Shown here: positions 1-12,081 of the stretch, piece after piece
How the letters are laid out: the number at the start of each line of letters is the position of its first letter
Position numbering within the stretch: the first letter of the stretch is position 1
Assembly (NCBI GenBank): GCA_051362555.1
Contig: CM120649.1
Span: 5,084,001-5,148,000 of the forward strand
Source: Lingula anatina
Lineage: Eukaryota; Animalia; Brachiopoda
Direction: 5' to 3'
DNA length: 64,000 nucleotides
The notes under the pieces: model-generated
Told to the model about the DNA's origin: nothing
The model's database searches: none
Seen by the model: the letters and a program-made list of their open reading frames with translations, nothing else
Made by a program: the position numbers and the translations under genes

Positions 1-70
1 CTCTTAATGGCAGTTAGTTTAGTTTGAAATTAATATTAAATACATTTTATTACACCCTTTTCTTCTGAAG

Positions 71-1358
71 GTTCACGATGAACTTGACAGTGTGATAGGG
101 TCCCGTCGTGTCTCCATGGAGGACCGAGCCTCCTTGCCCTATACGGAGGCAACACTGCTGGAGATACAGCGCTTTGGGTGTATCGTCCCCATTGTGGGCC
201 ATTGTACCACCGACGATGTGGAGATATTGGTATGGCAGCACTGTATATATATATATTGAAAATATTCTTTTCAAAAATATTGCTCAAAGGTTTAATGGAT
301 TTAAATAATACTTTGAGTACTATATATTGTTATTGTGACTGGTTCAATGTCACCAATTCTCTTTTTCCAGGGCTATACCCTCCCCGCAGGCTCAACCGTA
401 ACTGCATGTTTTGTATCTGTCTTTTTTGATGAGGAGATTTGGAACAACCCAGATAAGTTTGACCCAGCAAGATTTTTGGACGAAAATGGAAAGTTGGGGA
501 AAATTCCAGATTGCCTGACACCATTCTCTCTTGGTAGGTGTTTCGTTTGATTCAGTCTTGATTCAAACTATAAATGTTCTGCACGAAACATTTCTGTACA
601 CATATGTAAGTAAGCTCAGTCACAAATTCTATTTCCTCTCACCAATATCTGCCCATATCCGAGTCCAGTTGTCGATTCTGCCCCACAGGTTCTTAGATCC
701 AGATGAAACACTAAATGACTTGTGTCTGTGTTACGAAATTGAGGGTCCGTGTAACAGAAAGTCCGCCCTCCATTTAGTTATAATGGTTAGGGTTAGCCTC
801 TGTCTCGTTACAACGGGGTCCCATATGATTCGTACAGGTTAGGGTTAGTCGTTTATTGGGGTTAGTATATGGGGCGAATGTCACCTGTACAAAGTAATGG
901 GGAACGGACTTCGGTTCATAGAGGACTACCACTTTTGTCACATCAGCAATGACGAGACTAAAGGGGAGAAATAAAATGAAATTTTAAGCAATTTATGATG
1001 TCAGATTAGGATTTTCTGTAAACCATAAAAAAGATATTTGCCTCCGTCATCATTTTCCCTTTATTATATTTATTTTATGACTCACAGAAACATTAACGAC
1101 TGTCTTAAATGTTCTCGTAAAATGTTTTTTTTTTTTTTTTTACTTTTTTGTGCTCTATTATTCGTCTTCCTTACAGGCCGCCGTGTGTGTCTGGGGGAGT
1201 CCCTTGCAAAGATGGAACTGTTCCTGTTCTTCACCAACTTGCTTCAGCAATTCTCATTTACGATACCCGCCGGGGAAGAGAAACCGAGCCTCAAGTCCCA
1301 GTGGTCAATCGTGCGGTCTCCACGACCTTTTAGGGTCGAAGTGCACAAGAGGCGCTGA
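71..1358 (+). CDS. Cytochrome P450 clan 2 (CYP2-like) gene A, last three exons (5' part outside window)
   Basis: Exons 71-229, 371-533, 1177-1358 with GT/AG ends. K-helix EIQR, meander DPARF, heme motif FSLG|RRVCLG split by the last intron, stop TGA at 1358. Confidence 0.93.
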
Positions 1359-3977
1359 TGCGCGGGAACTTGTCTGTGCATGTCGATGAATAGGAGTTAT
1401 CCCAAAAGTTAATCTTAAGCTGTGCAGAATATTCAAATGTAATTATGTCCACACTATATGCTTGGCATCACGCACGAATTCCTTTTATGCTAGATTCGCC
1501 ACTTTTATATTAAAAAGTCACAGAACGTTTACCTTTATTAACACTAGGTTTTAACGTAGGCCTTATGATGAATACGTAAGACGGCAATAAGCCTTAAGCA
1601 GGTGTTCTGAAGCCATAAAATAGGGTCGTAGGCTGAATTATGTTTGTGGAAACCCGCTAAAACCTATAATATAAACATAACACAACTGCAATTTATTTGC
1701 TCCGCCTGTGAAACTCTTGAAGAATGAAGAAAATGTAAGACACTTCTGCTGTGCTGGGAGAAAGGAAATTACTTACACTTTGTTAATTCCCGTCAAACAA
1801 AAATTTCTTTTCCAAATAATTTAAGGGAGAAAGAGGACCCCCCCCTGTTGAAGCTTATGAACATGAGTTCTAGATAGAGGTGTAATATTTTTTATATTTC
1901 TTTTCATTAATCACTTGCCATAATAAGGCTATTGGTATAGCAGTAAGTGATGTATCTTGCCTGATTATATCTTGCCAAAACGCCATGTATGTTCTTTATG
2001 TTTATTATTGTTGTTGTTGTTGTTGTCGTTGTCAAGAGGACGCCCCCCCCCCCCCCCCCCCCCCCATATTAAAGCCTATGAACATGGCTTCTAGATACAG
2101 GTGTAATAAATTTTTATATTTCTTTTCTTTAATCATACCAACCTAGATGTCTGTTTGAACATGTAGGATAATTATAATTAGCGCAAACAACAACTACTAC
2201 TTAAATGTCTTATATATTTTACATTTGGGAATAAAGCTTAATTTTTAAAGACCTTACTGTATGGCTTTAGTTTACGGATGAATTCGGTTCGCAAGAACCC
2301 TAATTTTAAGAGTGTATTAGGAAGGCTGGGAGCTACATGTAGGGGTTAGGGAAGAGGCCTACTTGACTAATCGCTTTTCGGTCGTTTTTTATATCAAAAC
2401 AGGCTGTTGTATCTTTCTCAAACGTTTTTAAGGTCAGTACAGCAGCATAGCAACGGTGAAACTCTGCACTGGTGTTAAATTTCCAAATAAGGCAATGCAT
2501 AGTACGTTAGTAGGTCAAGGTCAATACAGCAGCATAGCAACGATCAAATTCTGCACTTTCGCAAAATTTCCAAATAAGGCAATGTATATTATACGTTAGT
2601 AGGCCTGTACAAACCTTGCTATCGCCTCCGTGCTGTTGTCAGATCTAAAAATAGACGTGACCTACTTTATAAGTGACTGCACGCATTTGACAGCTCGACT
2701 ATAGCCAAGGAATACAGGTAGGCTACGAAACATCGACGACAGGTTCGTAATGACAATATTTTTATGCTTTATAGGCACCACATGCGCTGGGGTAAATGCA
2801 CAATATCGTTATGCCTTTGTTGATCTAATAACATCTATAAGTCATGGCCTTTCAGCCATATTTTATAAGACTGGCAATGTGAGTACAAAATGTCGCCATT
2901 AAGACATGTACATGTGCAATGTTTATTTCAAGATGTCAGAGACTTTACCCATGTCGTCAAAATTTCATCCAATATTAGCCATGGGGTCTGAATCGATGGT
3001 GAAAAAAATAGGAAGCGTAGACTGAGATTCGAGAGAAATGCCCGTTCGACCGGAACAGGTCCACTTAAAGTGAAAACGCGATCATCAGCTGATAAAGATC
3101 AGACATAGGCCTATGTAGGAAGTAAATAGAAATGGCGTAGAAGTGGGGTGTGGCTCGGGTGTCGGGGGAAATGCATACTTGGTCGGAAAATTAATGCACA
3201 CTGCTGAAAATTACATCATCTAGGTTTTATGCCATTTTAACAAGATCCACTAACGAGGGGTAAAACATTCACAATCAAGTAACTGGGTGTGGTAGGCCTA
3301 CTCCCCCCTTAATTAGCTTCTCCACGTGCTCCCTGTGTTTTAATATAAACGGTAGTGACTGAAAAAAAGGACTTTGGGCTGATCCTCCCCATTGCAGGTC
3401 TCAAGCCTACCAATTGAGACCAGTCATTTCTGATAACATGTTTGATAACAAGCGTCGTGTAGGCCTACATTCTTTCTCTAGTTGCTGAGGTCCCAGCGAG
3501 AGGGAGGCTTACAGTGTATGGCCTACATGTGTTTTTCACAAGATTATAGTGTTATCACAATTATTATTATTTCTTCTATATAATCATAATTAATTCATTA
3601 TTTACTATAATTTATGATAACGAATTATTATTATTTTTATATTATTATAATTAATTCATGAATTTACGATTAATTAAACTTTATTAAATAAATTAAAAGC
3701 ACATAATGCTGTGGCGACGTGCCACCTGCTTTGAATTTATTTTGTATATATAATTATTGTAGAAATAAATCTATTAAAAAACACACGAATTAACCAAGAC
3801 ACCGCACACTTATTTTGCACCAACAGAGCGATAGCTAGCAATAACTTTCATCCGCTCTGGTAGTGGTGGTTAATTTGGGGAGGGGGTTAATGTGGGTGTT
3901 GGTGCTAAAAGATCTGCAGGTAGTGTTAGTAAACGCCTAAGCTATTTATATGGTTTGCATTTGATTTTCTTTTGAAG

Positions 3978-6900
3978 ATGGTTGCAATAATGGATATCTC
4001 CCCAACCACTTCAATGCTGTTGGTTTTCATCATCACATTCCTCGTGGTTTGGCTGTGGAGAAGGAAAGAAAAGGTATGATGATTACTGAAAAGGAAACAG
4101 TTTATTCTCCAATGGTAGTTGAACCATCCCTTCTTTCATCAGTTATAACGCAGATAGAGGGAGAGAGAGAGAGAAAGAGAGAGGAGGGGTGAGAGGGAGT
4201 AAGGGAGAGAGAATTCCACAGTACGAGTTGAAAAGTACAGGCTGCGCGTGCTCTTTTTCGCGTATGTGTATGCTGTGAATAGTCTACATATGATTCTCTA
4301 CTCGAACCGTAGTTTGAATAAGTTTCATTTTTTTTATTTATTTTCAAGCCGAGAGCAAACCTTCCACCCAACAAGTGGTTCCCCTTCAGTGAGTTCTTAG
4401 GTCTGTTTGCGGAGCTGGATGAATTTTTAAAGAACGTGCCCAAGAGCAAACCTCTCACATATTTCTGCAACAGATTTACAGGAGATAGCGTCTTCATTTT
4501 TCACAACCACGAGCTCATCCACGAAGCTTTCGTCAAGAAAGGGAATTCATTTTTGGGAAGACCAGGACCTTATTTAGGGAAGGAATGGGCTACACAGAAC
4601 GGTAAGTTAAAAGCGTGGAGGACAAAAGATGCGTTTGGGATAGAGATTTTTTTTTTTTACTTTGAATACCAACGATGACACAGACAATATTGTCTAGAAC
4701 GTGAACTACCAGAATTATTTTTATGTTAAGTAGGGCTAGTATGACATGACGGTGGTCCCCGACGAACCGTGGTCCAATTTCCATTACTTTATAAGCATTT
4801 GCTTCCTTTACTAGGGCGCTAATATCAGTTCCCTAAACCAGGTTCAAGTATTGATTTTTCACTAGATATTCACATATATTTCTCGGCTTTGACAAGATAC
4901 TTTTTTGGACTGTGTTCCATTTGGTATTTTTTCACAGAGGTCCAGCAAAATGTTTTGCATAGAAGTGGCATTATCATTCGACTCAACAACTATTTGCTAG
5001 CCCTCACACTTCTTAATATCGTTATTTTGTATTACATAATCTAATGGCTGGGCTAGCGCTAACACTCGCCAATTTAGCCAAATGCTAAAACTGACTTAAA
5101 TTGGCTAAAAAAAGGGCTTGAATTGAGCTGTTTTAGCCAAATTATAACCATTTTGATAACAAATTGACAAAAATGTGGTGATTTGGCTAAGTGAAAAAAA
5201 GTGCTAGCGCTACCCCATTATGGGCCCGGCCTTCCATTCCTAGGACTAAAATTCTTGGTACACAAGTATCTGTTTTGGAAAGGAAATTGAACCAATAAGT
5301 AGGCCTAAGTCTTTTCTCATAAACCAGAATTCTTGTCCGTTTTGGCCCAAAAAGCAGAGATTATGTGCTCGTTTCATAGCACAAAGGCCAAGAGGTTATG
5401 TTTAAAATCGTATTTAAAATGGGATTTATAATCATAATTTTAAAAATAGTAATTTTCACATGATGACATAACTTTAGGTGCAATGTACACCCAAAACGCG
5501 CCTTAAAGTCATAGACGCCTTAGCTACATGTTCGTCGTCTACACGGAACAGGTACTAGATTCAGTTCCAAACTGTTAACAAATTCTTTATCCTATCTCAC
5601 AAAGGTGTGGCCCATGGCATTGCAAACGCTTCAGGTGATCTGTGGAAACAACAACGGAGATTTGCCCTGATGACTTTGCGTGACTTTGGACTGGGGAAGA
5701 CCTCCATCACGGAGAAGATTCACGAAGAGATAGGATATCTTCTTGATGAATTCCAGAAATATGACGGCAAGGCCGTAGATCCGCAATACCTTTTGATGCC
5801 TGCAATATCCAATGTTACCAATTCCATTGTGTTTGGAGATAGGTGAGAGTCACGAACCCCATTCAGCTATGCATTCATGAGAACCGTTTTACTAATTCCA
5901 AAGATGAGGCCAGATTGGCATTTTAAGCAATGCACTGATATATTTGTGTAAATCCCTTGAATATGTATATAACCCACCATCTTAAACATTTAAACAGTTT
6001 TAACATTGTAACAAATCGTGTCCTTAAGTGAACATAATATATATAAAGTAAAGCAAATATAGAAAGTAAAAATATAGAAAGTAAAAATATATATATAGAA
6101 AGTTATTTTTATATTACTATTTTAAAGCAATGAAGGTTAAATGAATATACAAACTATTTAATGTCCTGTTGGCAAAATATTAATTTACATTTGTTAATAT
6201 TGTTAATACGATGGGCCTAAAATGTACAGCTGAATTTAATTTTCACTTTTTTCAGATTTCAATTCGACGATCCAAAATTCCAACAGATTCTCAAGAACAT
6301 TGGGGAACAGTTTAGATATATAATGTATATAATGTTCATAACATTATTTCATACACATAATATCATACCTTCAGTTTTATCAACATTAGACATCTACAAT
6401 GTCAAAACTAATTGTTCATCAAGTAGACAGTAGTAACAAGTCGTTCTAAATTAATGGTGTCCAGCAATTCGCCGTATTCAACATGGAATATTCTTGCAAT
6501 TTTCTTGTCTCACAAGCCAAGAGCACGTAAAACTGGTGGCTTCACAAAAGAACTCAAGACCAAATTGTTTGGTTTACTTCGATTCAGGACATGTGGCTCC
6601 ACTTTTAATATATATATATATATATATAGTAGCAATATATATATATTGTGAAACCGTGTTCTTGACAATGGCCTAGATAGAGATCAAGGCCACAGGTCTG
6701 TGTAACCTTTCTTTTTCATCTTCTTGGTGACAGACTTATTTTACCATATTTCAGGAGGGCACAAATTACACTCACTTATCCGATTTTGAGATACGTTCCT
6801 GGAGACCCATTTAAAGTCCACTACTCTCTTAAACGCCTGGGAATTACACGGAAATTCCTTCAAGAGAGAATCCAGAAACATATGGCAGAATACGACCCGG

Positions 6901-7947
6901 ACAACATACAATGCTTCACGGATGCCTACATCAAGGCTTTAAAGGCCGAGAAAGACAAAGAGGGAACGTATTTCACAGGTAGGAAAAACTCTTTTTTTAA
7001 TACCATATTTTACGTTAATGTGATCCGAGCTTAAACCGGAACAAGAGCAGCCTTTTTAAATATACAATCGTTGCTACTTGGAGAATATGTACGTCATCAG
7101 TAATTGATTGAAATTTACTGTTACAATTTTCCATCAAAGATCTCCATGTGCAAGCCTATAATTTCGGGCGCAAAAGGTCTGTCACCATTTTAAAAGTCTG
7201 AGACGTACGTTTCTCTTTTTATGTGCTTCAGAATTCCAATTGTTGACGATATTAGAAGAGCTGTTTACAGCTGGCACAGACACTACTGTGACCACTCTCA
7301 GATGGGGACTGCTCTTATTGATTCTTAATCCAGACGTGCAGGAAAAGGTGGCTGTAACACTATTTTGTATACAGATCTGTGCATATGTACTAAATGCTGG
7401 TATATGTACTGTGCATATATTTATATATGTTTTGATTATCTGCCTCTATTCGTGCCGTCGCCCTCGTTGTCCATACACTACTTTACTCCCAAACCGTATT
7501 TTTCTTTTACTTTAGATAAAATGAGTTTTGCTTGACTTTAAAAAAAAGCAGACTTCGTAAATTGGCGGCCATTTTTTTCGAAAGACATTGATTTCATTTT
7601 TATATACAGACTGAATGTGTCTGTATATATCTGTTTCGTTTTACTTGCAAACTTTCAAAATACATTTTATTATACTTATCTTTTGTGAAGGTTCACGATG
7701 AGCTTGACAGTGTGATAGGTTCCCGCCGTGTCTCCATGGAGGACCGTGCCTCCTTGCCCTATACGGAAGCCACACTGCTGGAGATACAGCGCCTTGGGTG
7801 TGTCATTCCCATGGCGGGACACAGTAATACGGAGGACGTTGAGATGATGGTATTGGAATATCATATGTAAACAAAAATAAATAAATAAGCCTAATACGAG
7901 CTTCTGAAAGGATAATCAATAATTTGATTCTTTTTCTTTTCTTTCTT

Positions 7948-7981
<34 letters not shown>

Positions 7982-8856
7982 ATGTAAAATGGACTGGAAA
8001 TGTTGTTCCTCATAATAAGGGCATTTTTGTGTGAAATTACATTTCTACTTCCCTTCTACTGTTTGCATTATTTTGAAAATAAAAATTACTTGGATCAACT
8101 TTTTAAAGACATTTTACACAATATTGCTTCTTTTTTTCAGGGCTATACCATCCCCGCGAATTCAAACATAACGGCAAATTTTCTTTCTGTCTTTTACGAT
8201 GAGTCATTTTGGAACAACCCAAACAAGTTTGATCCAACAAGGTTTCTGGACGAGAGTGGGAAGTTGGGGAAAATTCCAGATTGTCTGACACCATTCTCTC
8301 TTGGTAGGTTTGCCGTTGATTCAGAACGTTTCTAACGGCGCAGGTCTATAGAAACTTAGGGTCCGTGTAACAGAAGGTTCGCTCACCGTGGCTAGAACAC
8401 CTAACACAATCACCTGCAGGGCCACTACGTTTGGCGTTGAAGCTTCGTTTCTGTACATGTAGAGTCTACTTTCTGTTAAGACTAGCGCAGATGCATACGT
8501 GGGAAGTCATTTCTGTTTACTGCAGATATGGGTCACTGCAGCGCGATATAAAACTATTGCATAAGCGAACACAATATAACTGGTAGGCGTAGTGTCATTT
8601 TTCCAACATAAAGAGCAGAAACTCGTGAAATTGCATAACAAGTTCTCTTAAGATTTTATTCATTTTCCTTGCAGGCGGTCGTGTGTGTCTCGGAGAGTCC
8701 CTTGCAAAGATGGAACTGTTCCTGTTCTTCACCACCTTGCTTCAGCAGTTCTCGTTTACAATACCCGCCGGGGAAGAGAAACCGGGCCTCAAGGCTCGTA
8801 TTGGTCTCTTGCGATATCCACTTCCTTTTAAGGTTGAAGTGCACAGAAGGCACTAA
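3978..8856 (+). CDS. Cytochrome P450 clan 2 (CYP2-like) gene B, 499 aa
   Basis: Exons 3978-4073, 4349-4601, 5605-5842, 6256-6324, 6755-6978, 7232-7347, 7691-7849, 8141-8303, 8675-8856 sum to 1500 nt in frame. TM anchor [49 protein letters not shown]. Confidence 0.93.
5049..5217. mobile_element. MITE, possibly hAT-like, in CYP B intron 2
   Basis: TIRs GGGCTAGCGCTAACACT / AGTGCTAGCGCTACCCC, internal TTGGCTAA/TTAGCCAA motifs; absent at the equivalent site of gene C (~12930). Confidence 0.6.
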
Positions 8857-11258
8857 ACTTCCACGTCTTCTTTAATGAATGACACAATGCATGACATCGA
8901 TGTTATTCAAAAGACAGATCCAGAAACTAAATGTTAATGTTTATAGTGAAACAAAGTTTTGATTGACATTTATGATCATTAGCTATCGATATTTCCATTT
9001 TTGTCATTTGTCGAGTTTATTTAAGCTTCGTCTTCACTTTTAAGTATATAGACTATATAGCATTTATTTATTTTAACGTGACATGTGAATAAATATAAAT
9101 ATGTATGTCTCTCGGCCAAATGGGCCTACAAGTCACCGAACTTTGCACATTTATCAAAAACATGAAATTAAGGTTACAAGTTATAACAAGATCAAACCCG
9201 GTTAGATATATGGCATAACAGTAAATCTCAGTAGTAATTGATGATACATTTTCTTCAAATTTGTATGTCTTCAACAGGGTGGTTCAATATAGAATAGGTC
9301 TCCAAGTGTGACAATGACTTTTCACTGATTAGAAAAGCTAACTATTGTTCGTGAATTATAATGAGAATACAGAATGCCTTTATAAATCTTACCTCTTCTT
9401 TTTGTAGCTTTTCGCCCTAGCTACCGGCACATTGCATGGTAAAGTTGTTGTTGCGTTTTTTTAATAGTTCATTTTCACATTGATTCTCATAAACTTATTA
9501 CAATATTCAGTTTACTTCATTTTCTTACTGAATTTTTTTTATTTTTCAATAAAGTTTCATGGTAATCTGCAAGGTTACTGGCTACAGGACATATCTAAAA
9601 AGGCGTTTGTTTTTTATTTGAATAGTGGCAGCGATAAAAGAATTGGAAAATGCAAATTTATTTTCCATTTGAAACAACTTTTCAAATTTCTTAACCCAGT
9701 TTCCTCCCACTGACATTATAAGATCTCAATACGAAACGAGTCCACGGTGGATGTGGATTTTTTAGGAGTAAAAGAAGAAATCTTGAACATTGCAGGCAAC
9801 AAATAACAGAAAAATATACAACAGAAACGCATTTACGCTGACATGTGAATTACAGGCCTACTGGATTCAGCACGGGGACTATAAAAAGGATGTTGTACAC
9901 TGTACATTGCAAGTGGGACGAGACGCCTAAACTGGACTCTCCCCATTGTTTCAACTGTTGTATACTATAAGCACGCTCCGAAATGGAAATAACCTTTAAT
10001 CACTTGCCTTGTATATTTGTATAGCAGTAAGTGATAATTAGCGCAAACAACAACTACTACTTAAATATCTTATATATTTTACATTTGGAAATAAAGCTTA
10101 ATTTTTAAAGACCCTATTGCATTTGCTCTGGCTTTATTTTACGGATGAATTCGGTCGCAGGTACCCTGATTTTAAGAGTGTATTAGGAAGGCTGGGAGCT
10201 AGGGGTTAGGGGAGAGGCCGACTTGATTAATCGCTTTTTGGTCGATTTTTATATCAAAACAGGCTGTTGTATCTTTCTCAAACGTTTTTTAAAGACAATA
10301 CAGCAGCATAACATCGATGAAATTTTGCACTGGTGTCAAATTTCCAAATAAGGCAATGCCTATAGTACGTAATTAAGTAAGCCTATACATAACTTGCTAT
10401 CACGTCTGTGCTGTTGTCAGATCTAAAAATAGACGTGACCTATTTAATAAGTGACTGCACGCATTTGACAGCTCGACTGTAGCCGAATATACGAAACATC
10501 GACGATAGGTTCGTAATGACAATATTTTTTATGCTTTATAGGCACCATATGCGATGGGGCAAATGCACAATATCGTTATGCCTTTGTAGATCTAATAATA
10601 TTTATATGTCATGGCCTTGCAACTATATTTTATAAGACTGTGGCAATTTGAGTACAAAATGTCGTCATTAAGACATGCATGTACATGTGTAATGTTTATT
10701 TCAAGATGTCAGAGACTTAACCCATGTCGTCCACATTTCCTCCAATATTGGCTATGGGGTCTGAATTGATGGTGAAAAGAATAGGAAGCGTAGACTGAGA
10801 TTCGAGAGAAATGCCCGTTCGATCGGAACAGGTCCACTTGAAGTGAAAACGCGATCATCAGCTGATAAAGATCAGACATGTAGGAAGTAAATAGAAGGGG
10901 CGTAGAAGTGGGGTGGGGGCCGGCTAGGGGGTCGGGAGAAATGCGTGCTTTGTCGGAAAATTAAGGCACACCCCTGCTGAAATTAGATCATCTAGGTTTT
11001 ATGCCATTTTTCCAGGATCCACTAATGAAAGGTAGAACATTCAGAATAAAGTAACTGGGTGTGATACCCCCCCCCCTTAGCTTCTCCTCGTGCTTCCTGT
11101 GCTTTAGACGGTAGTGACTGAAAAAAGGACTTTGGGCTGATCCTCCCCATTGCAGATCTCAAGCCTACCAATTGAGACTAGTCATTTCGTTATTTACACG
11201 TCCATTCTGATAACATGTTTGATAACAAGTGCCGTGTACATTCTTTCTCTAGCTGCTA

Positions 11259-12031
11259 TGTTGTAGTGAACCGTTAATTAGTACTGATAGTCTTCTAAAT
11301 TTGCATACATGAGATATGCATATTTGTTTTAATGATTCAAATTATTCAAATGCATTCAATTATTCATATGCATGACATGTTGCATGGCAGTTTAAGAGAA
11401 GTTCATTTAAAATGTAAATCAAGATATAATTTAAATGTATCTTCAATGAAGTTTTTATGTATATAGGCATGGCATGTTGCATGTCAGTTATGGAAGTTCA
11501 TTTAAAATGTAAATTAAGACAGAGTATAAAAACAGTGACCGAGCCACAGAGGAGAGAGAGACTGAGAGAGTTAGAGACATAGTTATGATACCACAGAGAA
11601 AGATGGAGAAGGAGAGCAGAGACCTGAGTTGTACAGTCAATTGAAAAAATCATGTAGCAGAAACTATACCTGCCTGTCTCAGTTGTCTTACTGGTGAAAA
11701 GTTATCAAAGAACCTGTATAACCTAATCGGCTGGTTATATATATATATATTTCTCTGGCTGTTCATTAGTTGAGCACGTCCTTTTTTCACAACTACCAGT
11801 CATCACCCACCCAGATAACAGGTTTGACTAGAAGATTATCGGTTTTTATAATCCTTACACTTTTTAAATTTTCTGAATTATTTGATAATTTTAACCTTGT
11901 ATTAAGACCAGCGATCTTGAGTTGGTCTATCCATTTGAATATTGTTGTTTTATTTTGCCAGTCTTCGTGTGCAAATTGATGCAGGCAGACTGTTCGTGTG
12001 TCAACCTTACCTGGCTTGTAAGCATTACAAA
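11259..12031 (+). mobile_element. Putative solo LTR (Gypsy-like) just upstream of the CYP C start exon
   Basis: Begins TGTTGTAGTG, ends CATTACAAA (imperfect inverted termini), flanked by GCTA on both sides; internal TATAAA at 11525 followed by a GA-rich tract; absent from the gene B unit. Confidence 0.6.
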
Positions 12032-12081
12032 GCTATACGATGTAAACAACGTTAAACCATTTGACTTGCCTTTGTAGATCT

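Noticed and set aside
785-865. GGTTAGGGTTAG as an interstitial telomere
   Set aside because: Only two units per site, inside a decayed MITE-like element also seen at 15861-16010.
1391-1660. Possible old MITE after the CYP A stop
   Set aside because: Termini too degenerate and no empty site available for confirmation.
2666-2725. TATA box plus non-coding first exon ending CAG|GTAGG for CYP B
   Set aside because: The apparent donor is absent from paralog C and is better explained as stacked TA footprints; the TSS cannot be located from sequence.
6325-6754. U12-type intron (donor GTATAT)
   Set aside because: Lacks the GTATCCTT consensus; the paralog D donor is GTAAAC.
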